The notes under the pieces were generated by a model, which had not been told where the DNA came from, searched no databases, and saw only the letters and a program-made list of their open reading frames with translations. From the NCBI GenBank assembly GCA_039815185.1, contig JBCBZT010000004.1, positions 96,001-160,000 of the forward strand: a DNA stretch of 64,000 nt, in the 5' to 3' direction. Within the stretch, counting starts at the first letter, position 1, and the number at the start of each line of letters is the position of its first letter. Below are positions 8,748-18,386 of this stretch, piece by piece. This DNA comes from Cyanobacteria bacterium P01_A01_bin.123 (GTDB taxonomy: Bacteria > Cyanobacteriota > Cyanobacteriia > Phormidesmidales > Phormidesmidaceae). A program made the position numbers and the translations under genes.

Positions 8748-10283
8748 ATGCGTATCCTCATTGTTAATCCACTCCACCCCGCAATCGGCAGCCGTATTCC
8801 CCGTGAACAGTTGCCCCCCCTGGGGCTGCTCTCAATTGGTGGCCCCCTATTAGATGCGGGTCATGATGTCGCCTTTCTAGATGGTGAACTGGGGCCACTT
8901 GCCGATGCAGAAATTGTTCAGCGAGTCGTCATGCATGACCCCCAGGTGCTGATCATCGGTCATTCTAGATCGACTTCAGCTCACCCGATTGTGGTTGAGC
9001 TTACCTGTCGCTGTCGGGCGGAATTACCCAATCTCACCATCGTCTATGGGGGCCTTTTTCCGACCTATCACTACCGAGATATTCTTGCCTGCGAACCCCA
9101 GATCGATGTGATTGTTCGTGGCGAAGGGGAAGCGACTATCATCAAACTCATGGCTGCGATTGAATCTGGAGATGATCTTGCTGGTGTAGAAGGCATTGCT
9201 TTCCGCTGTGACGGTCAAGTGGTTGAAACATTGCCCGCGCCCATGCTCCAAGATCTGGACGCCTATCGGGTTGGTTGGGAGTTGGTTGATCTGAAACGCT
9301 ATAGCTATTACGGTGGCAAGCCGGCTGTCGTCATGCAATTTTCTCGAGGGTGTCCACACCTGTGTAATTATTGCGGCCAACGAGGTTTCTGGGCGCGTTG
9401 GCGGCACCGCAACCCCCAGAAATTTGCAAAGGAGATCGCTTGGCTCCATCACACGTATGGGGTGGAGTTGTTCAACTTAGCTGATGAAAACCCAACTGTG
9501 AATAAGGCGATCTGGCGTGAGCTATGCGAGGCCATCATCGCTGAAAATATACCGATTACGATTATTGGCTCGACTCGTGCAGATGATATCGTTCGCGATG
9601 CAGATATTTTGCATTTGTACCGTCAGGCAGGGGTTGAACGGTTTTTGTTGGGAATGGAAAATACGAACGAAGCCACGCTCAAGACAATTCGTAAGGGGAG
9701 TGCCACAAATACAGATCGCGAGGCCATTCGGCTGCTGCGGCAGCATGGAATTCTCTCCCTAGCCACTTGGGTCACAGATTTTGAGGCGGTGACTGACCGT
9801 GACTTTCTGCGTGCTTTGCGACAGTTGCTTTGGTACGACCCAGATCAGATTATGTCGCTGTATGTTACTCCCCACCGTTGGACGGGGTATTACCGCATTG
9901 CCTCTGAACGACGGGTAATCCAACTCGATCAGCAGAAGTGGGACTATAAACACCAAGTGCTGGAAACGCTTCATATGGCCCCGTGGCGTATTTTCTTGTG
10001 GGTGAAGTTCATGGAAGTAGTGTTGCAGGCTCGATCCAAAGCGATTTGGCGCGCATTTTTGCAGCCTGATCGGGCGGCTCGACACGGTCAGCGTTGGTTT
10101 ACCCGCATGGGGCGGCGCGTTTTTGTCCATGAGTTTTGGCATTTCTTCTTCCGCGATCGCCGGGTCAGCAACGGCCCCACCCTTGAGCAATTTTGGGGCG
10201 CACCCCAAGATCACCAGGAGATTCCGTTACGCCTGCTTCGGCAGTCTCAAAGACCTGAAAAGTCTGTCGCTTCGAAGGGATAG
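8748..10283 (+). CDS. B12-binding radical SAM enzyme, BchE-like
   Basis: N-terminal cobalamin-binding domain (PPLGLL, VYGG..PT, VRGEGE) and SRGCPHLCNYC CxxxCxxC motif; WDYKHQVL resembles the BchE family. Confidence 0.8.
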   Translation: MRILIVNPLHPAIGSRIPREQLPPLGLLSIGGPLLDAGHDVAFLDGELGPLADAEIVQRVVMHDPQVLIIGHSRSTSAHPIVVELTCRCRAELPNLTIVYGGLFPTYHYRDILACEPQIDVIVRGEGEATIIKLMAAIESGDDLAGVEGIAFRCDGQVVETLPAPMLQDLDAYRVGWELVDLKRYSYYGGKPAVVMQFSRGCPHLCNYCGQRGFWARWRHRNPQKFAKEIAWLHHTYGVELFNLADENPTVNKAIWRELCEAIIAENIPITIIGSTRADDIVRDADILHLYRQAGVERFLLGMENTNEATLKTIRKGSATNTDREAIRLLRQHGILSLATWVTDFEAVTDRDFLRALRQLLWYDPDQIMSLYVTPHRWTGYYRIASERRVIQLDQQKWDYKHQVLETLHMAPWRIFLWVKFMEVVLQARSKAIWRAFLQPDRAARHGQRWFTRMGRRVFVHEFWHFFFRDRRVSNGPTLEQFWGAPQDHQEIPLRLLRQSQRPEKSVASKG

Positions 10284-10351
10284 CATCAGGGTTTTTGTCA
10301 AATTGCTAAAAGCTCTAAGAAAAAAGAAAGCGACCGCCAACATTTGCCTTG

Positions 10352-10969
10352 CTACTCTAAGGAATCAAACAATTTGTCTTCTAATTGCAGATGAATTTGC
10401 TGGAATTCTTCAGGGGTCAACAACTCAGTGCGCCCATCTTGATTTTGTTGAGCAAAAAACAACAGTGGTTCTAGGGGAGTGCAGATAGTATATTCCTTAT
10501 TTTCGTGGAAAAAGGTGGCTAGGATTTGAAACTCTTCAGCTTCCAGATCGGGGACTTCGTCGTCACCCAACTCCAAAGTAAAGCAGTTATCCTCATTAGC
10601 TTCGGGCACTTCTCCAGTTGCCGTTAGGGTGAGGGCAGACTGTAACAGGAACAAATTTTGCTCAGAAAGCACGGCTTTGGCAGAGGGTAGCAGCGCTTCA
10701 ATATCGGTTTCTTCAATGTCCATTAACACTTCATCATCGGAGGTGTCGTCAGCCTGCCACATGAAAATCTCGATAGGCGTATCCAGGGGCATCAAGATGA
10801 GGTAGCGTGTGTCTTCCAAGTCAATGGTTTGCTCAACTGAGCAAGGCAACGATCGGCCTGATTCATCCACTAAAACAATTCCGGGTTCGTCCATCTCACT
10901 CGCAATGGGGGTCATGCTAGGGGCTAACCAATCAGGCAAAGCAAAGTCTTCAAAGCCCGTATTGCCCAA
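10352..10969 (-). CDS. DUF3727 domain protein
   Basis: Acidic protein with DESGRSLPCSVE and AKAVLSEQNL motifs, in its usual position downstream of ruvX. Confidence 0.8.
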   Translation of the reverse strand: MGNTGFEDFALPDWLAPSMTPIASEMDEPGIVLVDESGRSLPCSVEQTIDLEDTRYLILMPLDTPIEIFMWQADDTSDDEVLMDIEETDIEALLPSAKAVLSEQNLFLLQSALTLTATGEVPEANEDNCFTLELGDDEVPDLEAEEFQILATFFHENKEYTICTPLEPLLFFAQQNQDGRTELLTPEEFQQIHLQLEDKLFDSLE

Positions 10970-10984
10970 AACATATCGAGTCCT

Positions 10985-11404
10985 CTATCTTGCCCTGCGA
11001 CTATCTAACCACTGCTGCAAAATAATTGCGGCGGCTTTGCGGTCAATCATCGCTTTGTTACGAGATGGAGAGCGATTTTCTGCAATCATCATTTGCTCAG
11101 CCTGGAAGGATGTCAGCCGTTCGTCTGTGTATTCTACAGGGAGCTGTAATGCCTTAGAAAGGCGGTGAGCTAGCTTTTGGACTTGTTTTGCCTGAAAGCC
11201 AAGCTTACCATCCATTGAGTAGGGTAAGCCAACCACCAGAATCTCAACCGTCCGGTCTGCAACGATTTCTTTGAGATCGACGACTAATCCATCAAAGGAA
11301 CGCCATTCTAATGTGGTTAGACCAGATGCAATCAAACCTGTGCGGTCACACCCTGCGACGCCGATTCGTTTGCGACCAATATCTAGGCCAAGGGCTGAAA
11401 CCAC
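10985..11404 (-). CDS. ruvX: YqgF/RuvX pre-16S rRNA nuclease
   Basis: ALGLDIGRKRIGVA, VVGLP, DERLTS and IDRKAAAIILQ motifs. Confidence 0.95.
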   Translation of the reverse strand: MVSALGLDIGRKRIGVAGCDRTGLIASGLTTLEWRSFDGLVVDLKEIVADRTVEILVVGLPYSMDGKLGFQAKQVQKLAHRLSKALQLPVEYTDERLTSFQAEQMMIAENRSPSRNKAMIDRKAAAIILQQWLDSRRAR

Positions 11405-11424
11405 AGCAGAGACTAATCCAGATG

Positions 11425-12720
11425 CTAATTGAGTGGTGGGTCAACAGGGTTGCGATCGCCCACTTCCTGACTTTCTAAACCTGCTGCAACGTCAGGATTA
11501 GCCTTGAGTCGTCGCTGTTTTCTCGGCGCTGACGGGCTATGGGCTCCTTTTGCGGAACTCCCGTTAGATGCTGGCAGCGAACCTTGATCAGCGAGCCAAG
11601 ACAGTCGACTCGGGATGGGCTTGCCCGCTGGCTGTAATCCTTGTAAGACATCTGAAAGCTGTAGCCCTTCCAAGGACATAGGCCGCGACTCTCGCAGCTT
11701 GTGCCAAACCGAACGAGACATCATCAAGCTATGGGCCACCTGCGTAGCACCCACCCGAGATAAATATTCTTCACGCTCGGTTTGATAATCATGGGACGCC
11801 AAACTCAAAGACTGATCGGGGAAAGACTGTAACACTCTAGCCATCTGAGCAATCAGCTCAGGATATAGCCAAGTGTAGGCCGGGTGAACAGTGAGTTGAG
11901 CGGTATGGGGTGCAGTGCCCTTACGATTAATCGTCAGGCGAAAATGCCCAATAGCGGCTTTGCGCTGGGGTTCAAACACATAGGCGCTGATGGTCTCTGT
12001 ATGGTGTGCCCAGTGGTTAAACCCATGGGTAATGGTTTGCATGGGGTTGACCTTAAAATCTTGAATTTGGTGGTCAAACACCTGGCGCACTAAGGGTGGC
12101 ATCGAGGCTGTATCAAGCTGATAAAGCAGTTGGGCATCAGCGTTACTAACTGGCAGCAGGTTGGGCAGATCGGGTTCGCGAGCTGCTAGGGAGGCCAGTA
12201 ATTCGGCTTCCATCGACCAGTATGCTACCTGGGCCAAGGGCTGAAACCCATTCTGGCGATACAGTGCTAGGGCTGATTTATGATTAACGTCGACTTCAAT
12301 TAACCAGGTTCGAGCTTCCCAAATTTTTTCAAAGCAGTAGCGTAGTAGTTGGGATCCAACGTCATTTAAGAGGTTTGCTCCCAATTCTGGGGGCAAAGCA
12401 GAATTTATGGCAACGTGTTCCACTTGCCAAGTGCTTTTGGTTCGATTAAAAGGAGAGACGTGGATCACGCCGCAAAGCTGCCCTGACTTTTCGGCGACAT
12501 AAGCCGTCATCAAACGCTGGAGTGGATTGGGGAAGAGACTCAGTAGCTTCAGGGGCCCATACCAGCGCTTGACCTGATCTAAACGCCGTATCGACCGTTG
12601 AGGCTCGGCAATTTTGCCCGATTCGATACCACCATCACAGTGCTCAAGGGTATCTAAATCGCGGTATTGAATCGGACGAATGATAATTTCCGAGGACGCC
12701 GATGGCGTGACGTTAGACAT
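11425..12720 (-). CDS. GNAT family N-acetyltransferase
   Basis: GSQLLRYC...ALALYRQNGFQ GNAT motif; conserved cyanobacterial neighbour of ruvX. Confidence 0.85.
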   Translation of the reverse strand: MSNVTPSASSEIIIRPIQYRDLDTLEHCDGGIESGKIAEPQRSIRRLDQVKRWYGPLKLLSLFPNPLQRLMTAYVAEKSGQLCGVIHVSPFNRTKSTWQVEHVAINSALPPELGANLLNDVGSQLLRYCFEKIWEARTWLIEVDVNHKSALALYRQNGFQPLAQVAYWSMEAELLASLAAREPDLPNLLPVSNADAQLLYQLDTASMPPLVRQVFDHQIQDFKVNPMQTITHGFNHWAHHTETISAYVFEPQRKAAIGHFRLTINRKGTAPHTAQLTVHPAYTWLYPELIAQMARVLQSFPDQSLSLASHDYQTEREEYLSRVGATQVAHSLMMSRSVWHKLRESRPMSLEGLQLSDVLQGLQPAGKPIPSRLSWLADQGSLPASNGSSAKGAHSPSAPRKQRRLKANPDVAAGLESQEVGDRNPVDPPLN

Positions 12721-13013
12721 GCGAAAAGCGATTAGCAATTACTTGTAAGTGGCAGTACCCTCGGGCATACCCTGGATAATCAGCAGCATACCTTCAAATT
12801 ACGGATGGGGCATTGTTGATTACATTGTTTCTATGATAGCGGTTCGTCATCCCGGTGGGCGATTCAAGCAATCATGACAAGGGCGTCCCTGGATATCTGT
12901 AAAACGTGTTTACAAAACTTATAAACTAGGGCAGGATTTTAATCGTGGCGTTCTCAAAGGATGCCGGTTTACAAGTGCCTTACTTATAGGGCTTCTTCAA
13001 GAGGGAATTTGTC

Positions 13014-13958
13014 ATGTCGAGACTGGCCGCGATTGAACGATATTGCCTCATTGGTCATGGTGTGTCCATGGCCTTTGGGCTAGCTGGGCTGCTGTGGGTC
13101 ATGCCCAACCCCGAATTTTTGCAGCATATACCGGCGGGGCCAACTTTGTTCACCTGGAGTATGGCCGGGGGAGGCGTGATATACATAGCCCTCGGTGCGA
13201 TCGCGGTGGCGCTCTATGCTTATCGCACTTTGGGTTTGAAGTCCCTGTTAGCGTTTATGGTGCCTGCGATTGCGGTTTCCCTGGCAAGTGAACTGTTGGG
13301 CACTAGCACTGGCTTTCCCTTTGGGGATTACAGCTATCTGAATGGTCTGGGCTATAAAATTTCAGGCTTGGTGCCTTTTACCATTCCCCTATCCTGGTTT
13401 TACTTGGGGTTGTCAGCCTATTTACTGGCCCGGACTGGGTTGCTAACCCAACAGCGCCAGCGCCAAGGGGCTGGGCTACCTGCTTGGGTTTGGCAGTTGA
13501 GCTGTTTAATCTTGGGTGCTGGATTGTTGACGGCTTGGGACTTTGTATTGGATCCAGCAATGAGCCAAACGGCAATGCCGTTTTGGTTTTGGCACCAGCC
13601 GGGCGATTTCTTTGGCATGCCTTACCAAAATTTTGCGGGATGGTTGGGAACCGGAATGGTCTTTATGGCGATCGCAGCATTTCTCTGGCGCAAAGATGAT
13701 CGTACAGTCACCCTCAGTCGGTCTCAAGTTATCGTTCCGCTGGTGGTTTATTTGCTGAACTTTGGATTTGCTACAGCTATGAGCTTGGCCAGTGGAATTT
13801 TTGTGCCGGTGCTCTTAGGCCTGCTGGTAGGTGCAGTCCCTGCACTCGTCTGTTGGTGGTGGGCTGATGCCTCAGATATGGTTACGGTTCCCTCATCAGT
13901 TGATGCGGCTGAGTTTGAACCGACACCCTCTGCAATTGCAGGAGCGATGACTAAGTGA
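13014..13958 (+). CDS. cruF: Gamma-carotene 1'-hydroxylase
   Basis: ELLGTSTGFPFG.Y.Y and AWDFVLDPAM motifs, multi-TM, translationally coupled to cruG. Confidence 0.9.
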   Translation: MSRLAAIERYCLIGHGVSMAFGLAGLLWVMPNPEFLQHIPAGPTLFTWSMAGGGVIYIALGAIAVALYAYRTLGLKSLLAFMVPAIAVSLASELLGTSTGFPFGDYSYLNGLGYKISGLVPFTIPLSWFYLGLSAYLLARTGLLTQQRQRQGAGLPAWVWQLSCLILGAGLLTAWDFVLDPAMSQTAMPFWFWHQPGDFFGMPYQNFAGWLGTGMVFMAIAAFLWRKDDRTVTLSRSQVIVPLVVYLLNFGFATAMSLASGIFVPVLLGLLVGAVPALVCWWWADASDMVTVPSSVDAAEFEPTPSAIAGAMTK

Positions 13959-15199
13959 TTGTCCCGTTCTGCTGGATTGGTCTGGCAGCACTAGATGCAG
14001 GTCAAGGCGTAGAGGCCAGTGGCTTGGCGTTACTTCTCTTGCTCTATCAGTTACCAGCGGTCTTCCTGCTCTTGTCTCGACTCATGCAGGGCCCAGTTCG
14101 CCGCCCGCCACTGTTAACACTACCTCCAACGCTAGATCTGATTGGCAGCGTTTCGGTCGTCGTACCCACCCTAAATGAAGCCCACCGTATTGCGCCTTGT
14201 TTGGCTGGGTTAGGGCGTCAAGGCTATGAGGTGCGTGAAATTTTAGTGGTAGACAGCCGCTCTACAGATGGAACCGTTGACCGAGTTAAAGCTGCTGCTA
14301 TGCGTGACCCCCGGTTTCGCCTGATTACGGATGATCCGTTACCCAAAGGGTGGGTCGGGCGGCCTTGGGCGTTGCATACAGGTTTTTTGCACAGTTCAAG
14401 CCGTAGCCTTTGGGTATTGGGGATTGATGCTGATACCCAACCTCAACCGGGCCTGATTAGTAGCTTGGTACAGGCAGCTGAAGCTGCGGATTATGACTTA
14501 GTCTCCTTATCTCCCCGTTTCGTTCTCAAACAGTTCGGAGAATTATGGTTGCAACCCGCCTTGCTGATGACGCTGGTTTATCGCTTTGGCCCAGCGGGTA
14601 ATCAGGGGGGGATGATCGAACGGGTGATGGCCAATGGTCAATGCTTTTTGTGTCGCCGCACTCTGCTGGAAACCTTAGATGGCTACACCACTGCCCGGTC
14701 TTCCTTTTGTGATGATGTGACCCTGGCTCGCAATGCTGCTCAGTTGGGGGCTAAGGTTGGTTTTTGGGACGGATCTAAGCTGCTCAAGGTCCGGATGTAT
14801 GAAGGGGCCATAGAAACCTGGCGGGAATGGGGGCGATCGCTGGATTTGAAAGATGCGGCCTCTTTTCAACAAACTTGGGGAGATATCTGGTTTCTCTCGG
14901 CGATTCAGGCTTTGCCCTGGTTGACCCTACCGCTGCTGCTTTGGGGCTGGACCCTAGGACAACCCCACTGGCCTGTGACGGTAGCCTTAGGGCTTAATGG
15001 GGCCTTAATTGCAGTGCGGGTTGCTTTACAGGGTGCGATTGCACCGTCCTATGATTTGGCTCAGGCAGATGGACAACAATGGGCCTTCTGGCTCTCGCCC
15101 CTGGCCGATCCGTTAGCAACACTACGGATTATGATCTCTGCCCTCAAAACCCCAACTCAGTGGCGTGGACGCCATTACGAAAGAGAAATAGGGGATTAG
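13955..15199 (+). CDS. cruG: Carotenoid 2'-O-glycosyltransferase (GT2)
   Basis: VVVPTLNE, GWVGRPWAL, DAD, MANGQC and WRGR motifs; follows cruF. Confidence 0.9.
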   Translation: MIVPFCWIGLAALDAGQGVEASGLALLLLLYQLPAVFLLLSRLMQGPVRRPPLLTLPPTLDLIGSVSVVVPTLNEAHRIAPCLAGLGRQGYEVREILVVDSRSTDGTVDRVKAAAMRDPRFRLITDDPLPKGWVGRPWALHTGFLHSSSRSLWVLGIDADTQPQPGLISSLVQAAEAADYDLVSLSPRFVLKQFGELWLQPALLMTLVYRFGPAGNQGGMIERVMANGQCFLCRRTLLETLDGYTTARSSFCDDVTLARNAAQLGAKVGFWDGSKLLKVRMYEGAIETWREWGRSLDLKDAASFQQTWGDIWFLSAIQALPWLTLPLLLWGWTLGQPHWPVTVALGLNGALIAVRVALQGAIAPSYDLAQADGQQWAFWLSPLADPLATLRIMISALKTPTQWRGRHYEREIGD

Positions 15200-15204
15200 C
15201 AAGC

Positions 15205-15235
15205 AAAAAAAATGCCCAGACTAATCGCCTGAGCA
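15205..15235 (-). terminator. Intrinsic terminator
   Basis: Minus strand TGCTCAGGC-GATTA-GTCTGGGCA (9-bp stem with 2 G-U pairs) followed by T8. Confidence 0.8.
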
Positions 15236-15258
15236 AGGAGTTGAAATCATAAAACGCA
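15205..15258 (-). ncRNA. Candidate small RNA (~55 nt)
   Basis: Extended -10 TGaTACTGT at about 15272-15264, then an unpaired anti-SD ACUCCUU directly before the terminator. Confidence 0.35.
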
Positions 15259-15364
15259 ACTTAACAGTATCAGGTGTCAGCCTATCGTGGGGGTAACATA
15301 GGCAACATAAAGTATGCTGTATACGCTTCAGACTGGGTGAGACATCTAACTCTGGGCTAACATA

Positions 15365-15395
15365 GCCGTAGCCACAAAGCTTTGTGCGCTACGGC
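15365..15395. repeat. REP-like palindrome (GTAG type)
   Basis: GCCGTAGC-CACAAAGCTTTGTG-C-GCTACGGC. Confidence 0.55.
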
Positions 15396-15473
15396 GAGCC
15401 AGATTGCTTGTGTGTTGAGCATCCCAGCGATACTAGGTGCATTAAGCAATCTGGCCAGCGCTATAATTCTGGG

Positions 15474-16139
15474 CTAATTGTCTTGGGGCGCTTCACCACC
15501 ACTATCCGGTGGATTCGGATTAGCGTCTGGATTATCTGAGCCAGTCTCCGGAGAGAATAAATCGTCATTGCTGGGTAGCGGAGCGGTTGGAGCAGGATTC
15601 GTCTCCCCTGGAAACGGTGATGGTGAACCGTTGAGCAAATCGTTGAGGTCGTTATTGAGGTCATCAAGGTTTTGTTGATCATTGCCATCGGGTTGCTGCA
15701 GCTGATCGAGCCCTGCGGGTAGGGTGGCTAAGGCTACGCGATCGCCGCCGACTGAACGCAGCAAATCTAAGACCTGAATCACATCGGCATAGCGAGCATC
15801 TCGAGCGGCATTGAGCACAATCAAGCCATTGGGGGAGGTTTGCTGATGCTGAATCAACACATCAAACAGCAAATTCAAGCTAACCGGTTGCTGATCGATA
15901 TAGACTTGCCCTCGGTCATCCAAGCTGACATAGAGCTTTTCGCTACCTGTTTCAGTTAACCCCTGTCCAGGAATGGGGGCGCCTGTACTTGCTGACGGCA
16001 AATCTAAACTGATCGCCTGTTGCCGGGTGAGCCCAACCGCTGCCAGAATAAAAAAGGTCAAAATGCAGAAGATGACATCGATCAGCGGCAAAATCTCAAT
16101 CCGAATATCTTCATTGCCCGAGTCAAGATCTAGTTTCAT
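15474..16139 (-). CDS. exbD: ExbD/TolR family protein
   Basis: IEILPLIDVIFCILTFFIL and YADVIQVLDLLR motifs; Pro/Asn-rich tail. Confidence 0.85.
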   Translation of the reverse strand: MKLDLDSGNEDIRIEILPLIDVIFCILTFFILAAVGLTRQQAISLDLPSASTGAPIPGQGLTETGSEKLYVSLDDRGQVYIDQQPVSLNLLFDVLIQHQQTSPNGLIVLNAARDARYADVIQVLDLLRSVGGDRVALATLPAGLDQLQQPDGNDQQNLDDLNNDLNDLLNGSPSPFPGETNPAPTAPLPSNDDLFSPETGSDNPDANPNPPDSGGEAPQDN

Positions 16140-16159
16140 GGCGGCGGTAATTCCTTACG

Positions 16160-16966
16160 CTAAAAATCTACTGGGGGCGGGGTTGGTGGGGGATCAGCCT
16201 TGCCCTTTTCAGTCTTGGGTTCAGCCTTTGCTCCAGGCTTTGGTTCAGGTTTTGCCTTACTAGTTTTATTGGTTGCTCGGGGTTGGGGCAAGTGTTTCTC
16301 CAGGGAGCTCTCGACCTTCAGCAAGGGGGTTGGCTTGCCACCACTGGCTGCCCATGCCTGTCGATAGAGCAGCTCCAGTTCACTCCCCGATTGCCGGAGT
16401 ACCTTAGCTTGGCCAAACACAAAGCCTTGGAATAGACGATAAAAGGCTAAGCTGACGATGGCAATTACCAAGCCAGTCGCTGTACTAATCAGGGCTTGAC
16501 CAATACCTAGAGCGGTTTCGGCTGTGGCATCCCCACCCAAATCACTAAGTCGGATAGAACCCAGGGCGTTAATCAGACCGACTACAGTACCCAGTAGGCC
16601 TAGTAGGGGTGAGAGTGCAATCACCGCTTCTAAGACTTTATCGCCCCGACGCATGGTCGCCAGCTCTTCGTTAGCTGCGGTTTCTAGGGCCAGCCGAAAA
16701 ACTTCGGGGTCAGGATTGCTAAGCTGGAGCGCGGCATAGAGAAAGCGCCCCATGGGTAACCGATTGGCTCGTTGGGCAATCTCAGTAGCGGCAGCCCATT
16801 CCCGCCGAGCGGCCTCGAGTACACGCCCCGACACCTCCCGTTCTCGGGTTAAAATTTTTGACCAAAACCAGACCCGTTCAATTACGGTACCCAAGGTCAA
16901 AATTGACAAGAACAGCAGCGGCCACATAGCAATGCCGCCTTGGGCAAAAATCTCAGCGATATTCAC
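16160..16966 (-). CDS. exbB: MotA/TolQ/ExbB proton channel protein
   Basis: SPLLGLLGTVVGLI and GIGQALISTATGL motifs. Confidence 0.85.
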   Translation of the reverse strand: MNIAEIFAQGGIAMWPLLFLSILTLGTVIERVWFWSKILTREREVSGRVLEAARREWAAATEIAQRANRLPMGRFLYAALQLSNPDPEVFRLALETAANEELATMRRGDKVLEAVIALSPLLGLLGTVVGLINALGSIRLSDLGGDATAETALGIGQALISTATGLVIAIVSLAFYRLFQGFVFGQAKVLRQSGSELELLYRQAWAASGGKPTPLLKVESSLEKHLPQPRATNKTSKAKPEPKPGAKAEPKTEKGKADPPPTPPPVDF

Positions 16967-17123
16967 AGCTGCCTCCTAACACCGTTAAGCCCTGAATACT
17001 CCATTCATCCTCCTGATCTTGCTTAAGCCGATCTGACTTAGGTCAATCCTGCTCTAGGATAGACGTTGGCGGGTTGCAGCCTGTTACTCTGAGCCCACCG
17101 CTAAGCTTAGAGATTCCGATTGC

Positions 17124-18386
17124 TCAGTCTACACCTTCAACGGTGTCTCGGCCAGTTGCTAGAGTAAGAATTTCCTGGGCGGCGCGATCGCAGGCGCCAG
17201 GATCTCCCAAGCTGCAGCGCATGGCTTGATAGTCGTCTAACATTTGCCGCCGTTTTTCGGGGTCGAGCAACAGTCCCAGACTTGTTTGGGCGATCGCGTC
17301 GGGGGTAGCCTGCCACTGTACAAACTCAGGGACAATCGGCCGCATTTCCGTCAGGTTAACTGGAGAGATGAAGGGAGCTGAGAACTTGAGAATGTGTTTG
17401 GCTATCCAAGCCGTTACTGGGTTAAGCCGATACATCACCACTTGGGGGACATTCATCAGCGCCGTTTCTAGATTAACCGTGCCCGATTTAGCGATGGCCA
17501 GATCTGCCGCTGCGATCGCGTCTGTGGACTTGCCATCAACCAAAGTGGCTTGTAAACCATAGCGATCGATTGCCTGCTGTAGGGCCGGTCTAAATTCATC
17601 TAAAGACACCGCCACTAAAAACTGCACCTGGGGCAAATGAGCCTGAATTTGCTGAGCCGCCTGAAACATGATCGGCATCAGGTACTTAATTTCTTGATGG
17701 CGAGAAGCGGGGAGTAGGGTCACCACAGAGGCATTTGGGGCTAATCCTAGACGTTGCCGTGCGACTTGCTGATCGGGCGGTTCAGGGATTCGATCAACTA
17801 AAGGATGACCAACCCAGCGCACCTGCGCCCCTTTTTTCTCGTAATAGGTTGCTTCTGCCGGGAAAATCGCCAACAGTCGGTTGCAAACCCCCACAATTTG
17901 CTGCGTTTCACTTTCAAATGCCGACCAAACCCACTGCTGTGGTGCAATGTAGTAAACGATGGGTACCGTTGGATGAGCCTTTTGTATGGTTTGACCCAAG
18001 GATAAATTTGGCCCCATATAGTCAATCAAAACAACCCCATCCAGGGAGGCTTGATTGAACAACCGCTTTAAACGCCCCTGTAGTTTTAGGGTGGGGAGTA
18101 CGAAGGGAAGCTGCTCTAAAATGCCCACTGCACCAATGTTTGCAGTATTGCCCACTAGGGTCGCGCCTGCTGCTGCCATGCGATCGCCGCCGAGGGCTAA
18201 TATTTCTAAGGTCAAGTTTTGGGCTGCAGCTTGCACTTGTAGGGCCTTAATTAGCAGGGCACCCTGTAAATCCCCTGATACTTCCCCCGTGCTGATTAAA
18301 ATCCGTACCGGCTGCTGCTCTGCTGCCTCAGCAGCCTTTTCTCGTGCCTCCGTGAGCAAATCGACCCCAAGTTCTGCTGGACTCAT
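17124..18386 (-). CDS. lpxB: Lipid-A-disaccharide synthase
   Basis: STGEVSGDLQG, VGHPL, LLPASR and KSGTVNLE motifs; lpx operon context. Confidence 0.95.
   Translation of the reverse strand: MSPAELGVDLLTEAREKAAEAAEQQPVRILISTGEVSGDLQGALLIKALQVQAAAQNLTLEILALGGDRMAAAGATLVGNTANIGAVGILEQLPFVLPTLKLQGRLKRLFNQASLDGVVLIDYMGPNLSLGQTIQKAHPTVPIVYYIAPQQWVWSAFESETQQIVGVCNRLLAIFPAEATYYEKKGAQVRWVGHPLVDRIPEPPDQQVARQRLGLAPNASVVTLLPASRHQEIKYLMPIMFQAAQQIQAHLPQVQFLVAVSLDEFRPALQQAIDRYGLQATLVDGKSTDAIAAADLAIAKSGTVNLETALMNVPQVVMYRLNPVTAWIAKHILKFSAPFISPVNLTEMRPIVPEFVQWQATPDAIAQTSLGLLLDPEKRRQMLDDYQAMRCSLGDPGACDRAAQEILTLATGRDTVEGVD

Noticed and set aside
12898..12914. TGTA-N9-TACA upstream of cruF (and GTA-N7-TAC near 15312) as NtcA sites
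   Set aside because: The spacing does not match GTA-N8-TAC.
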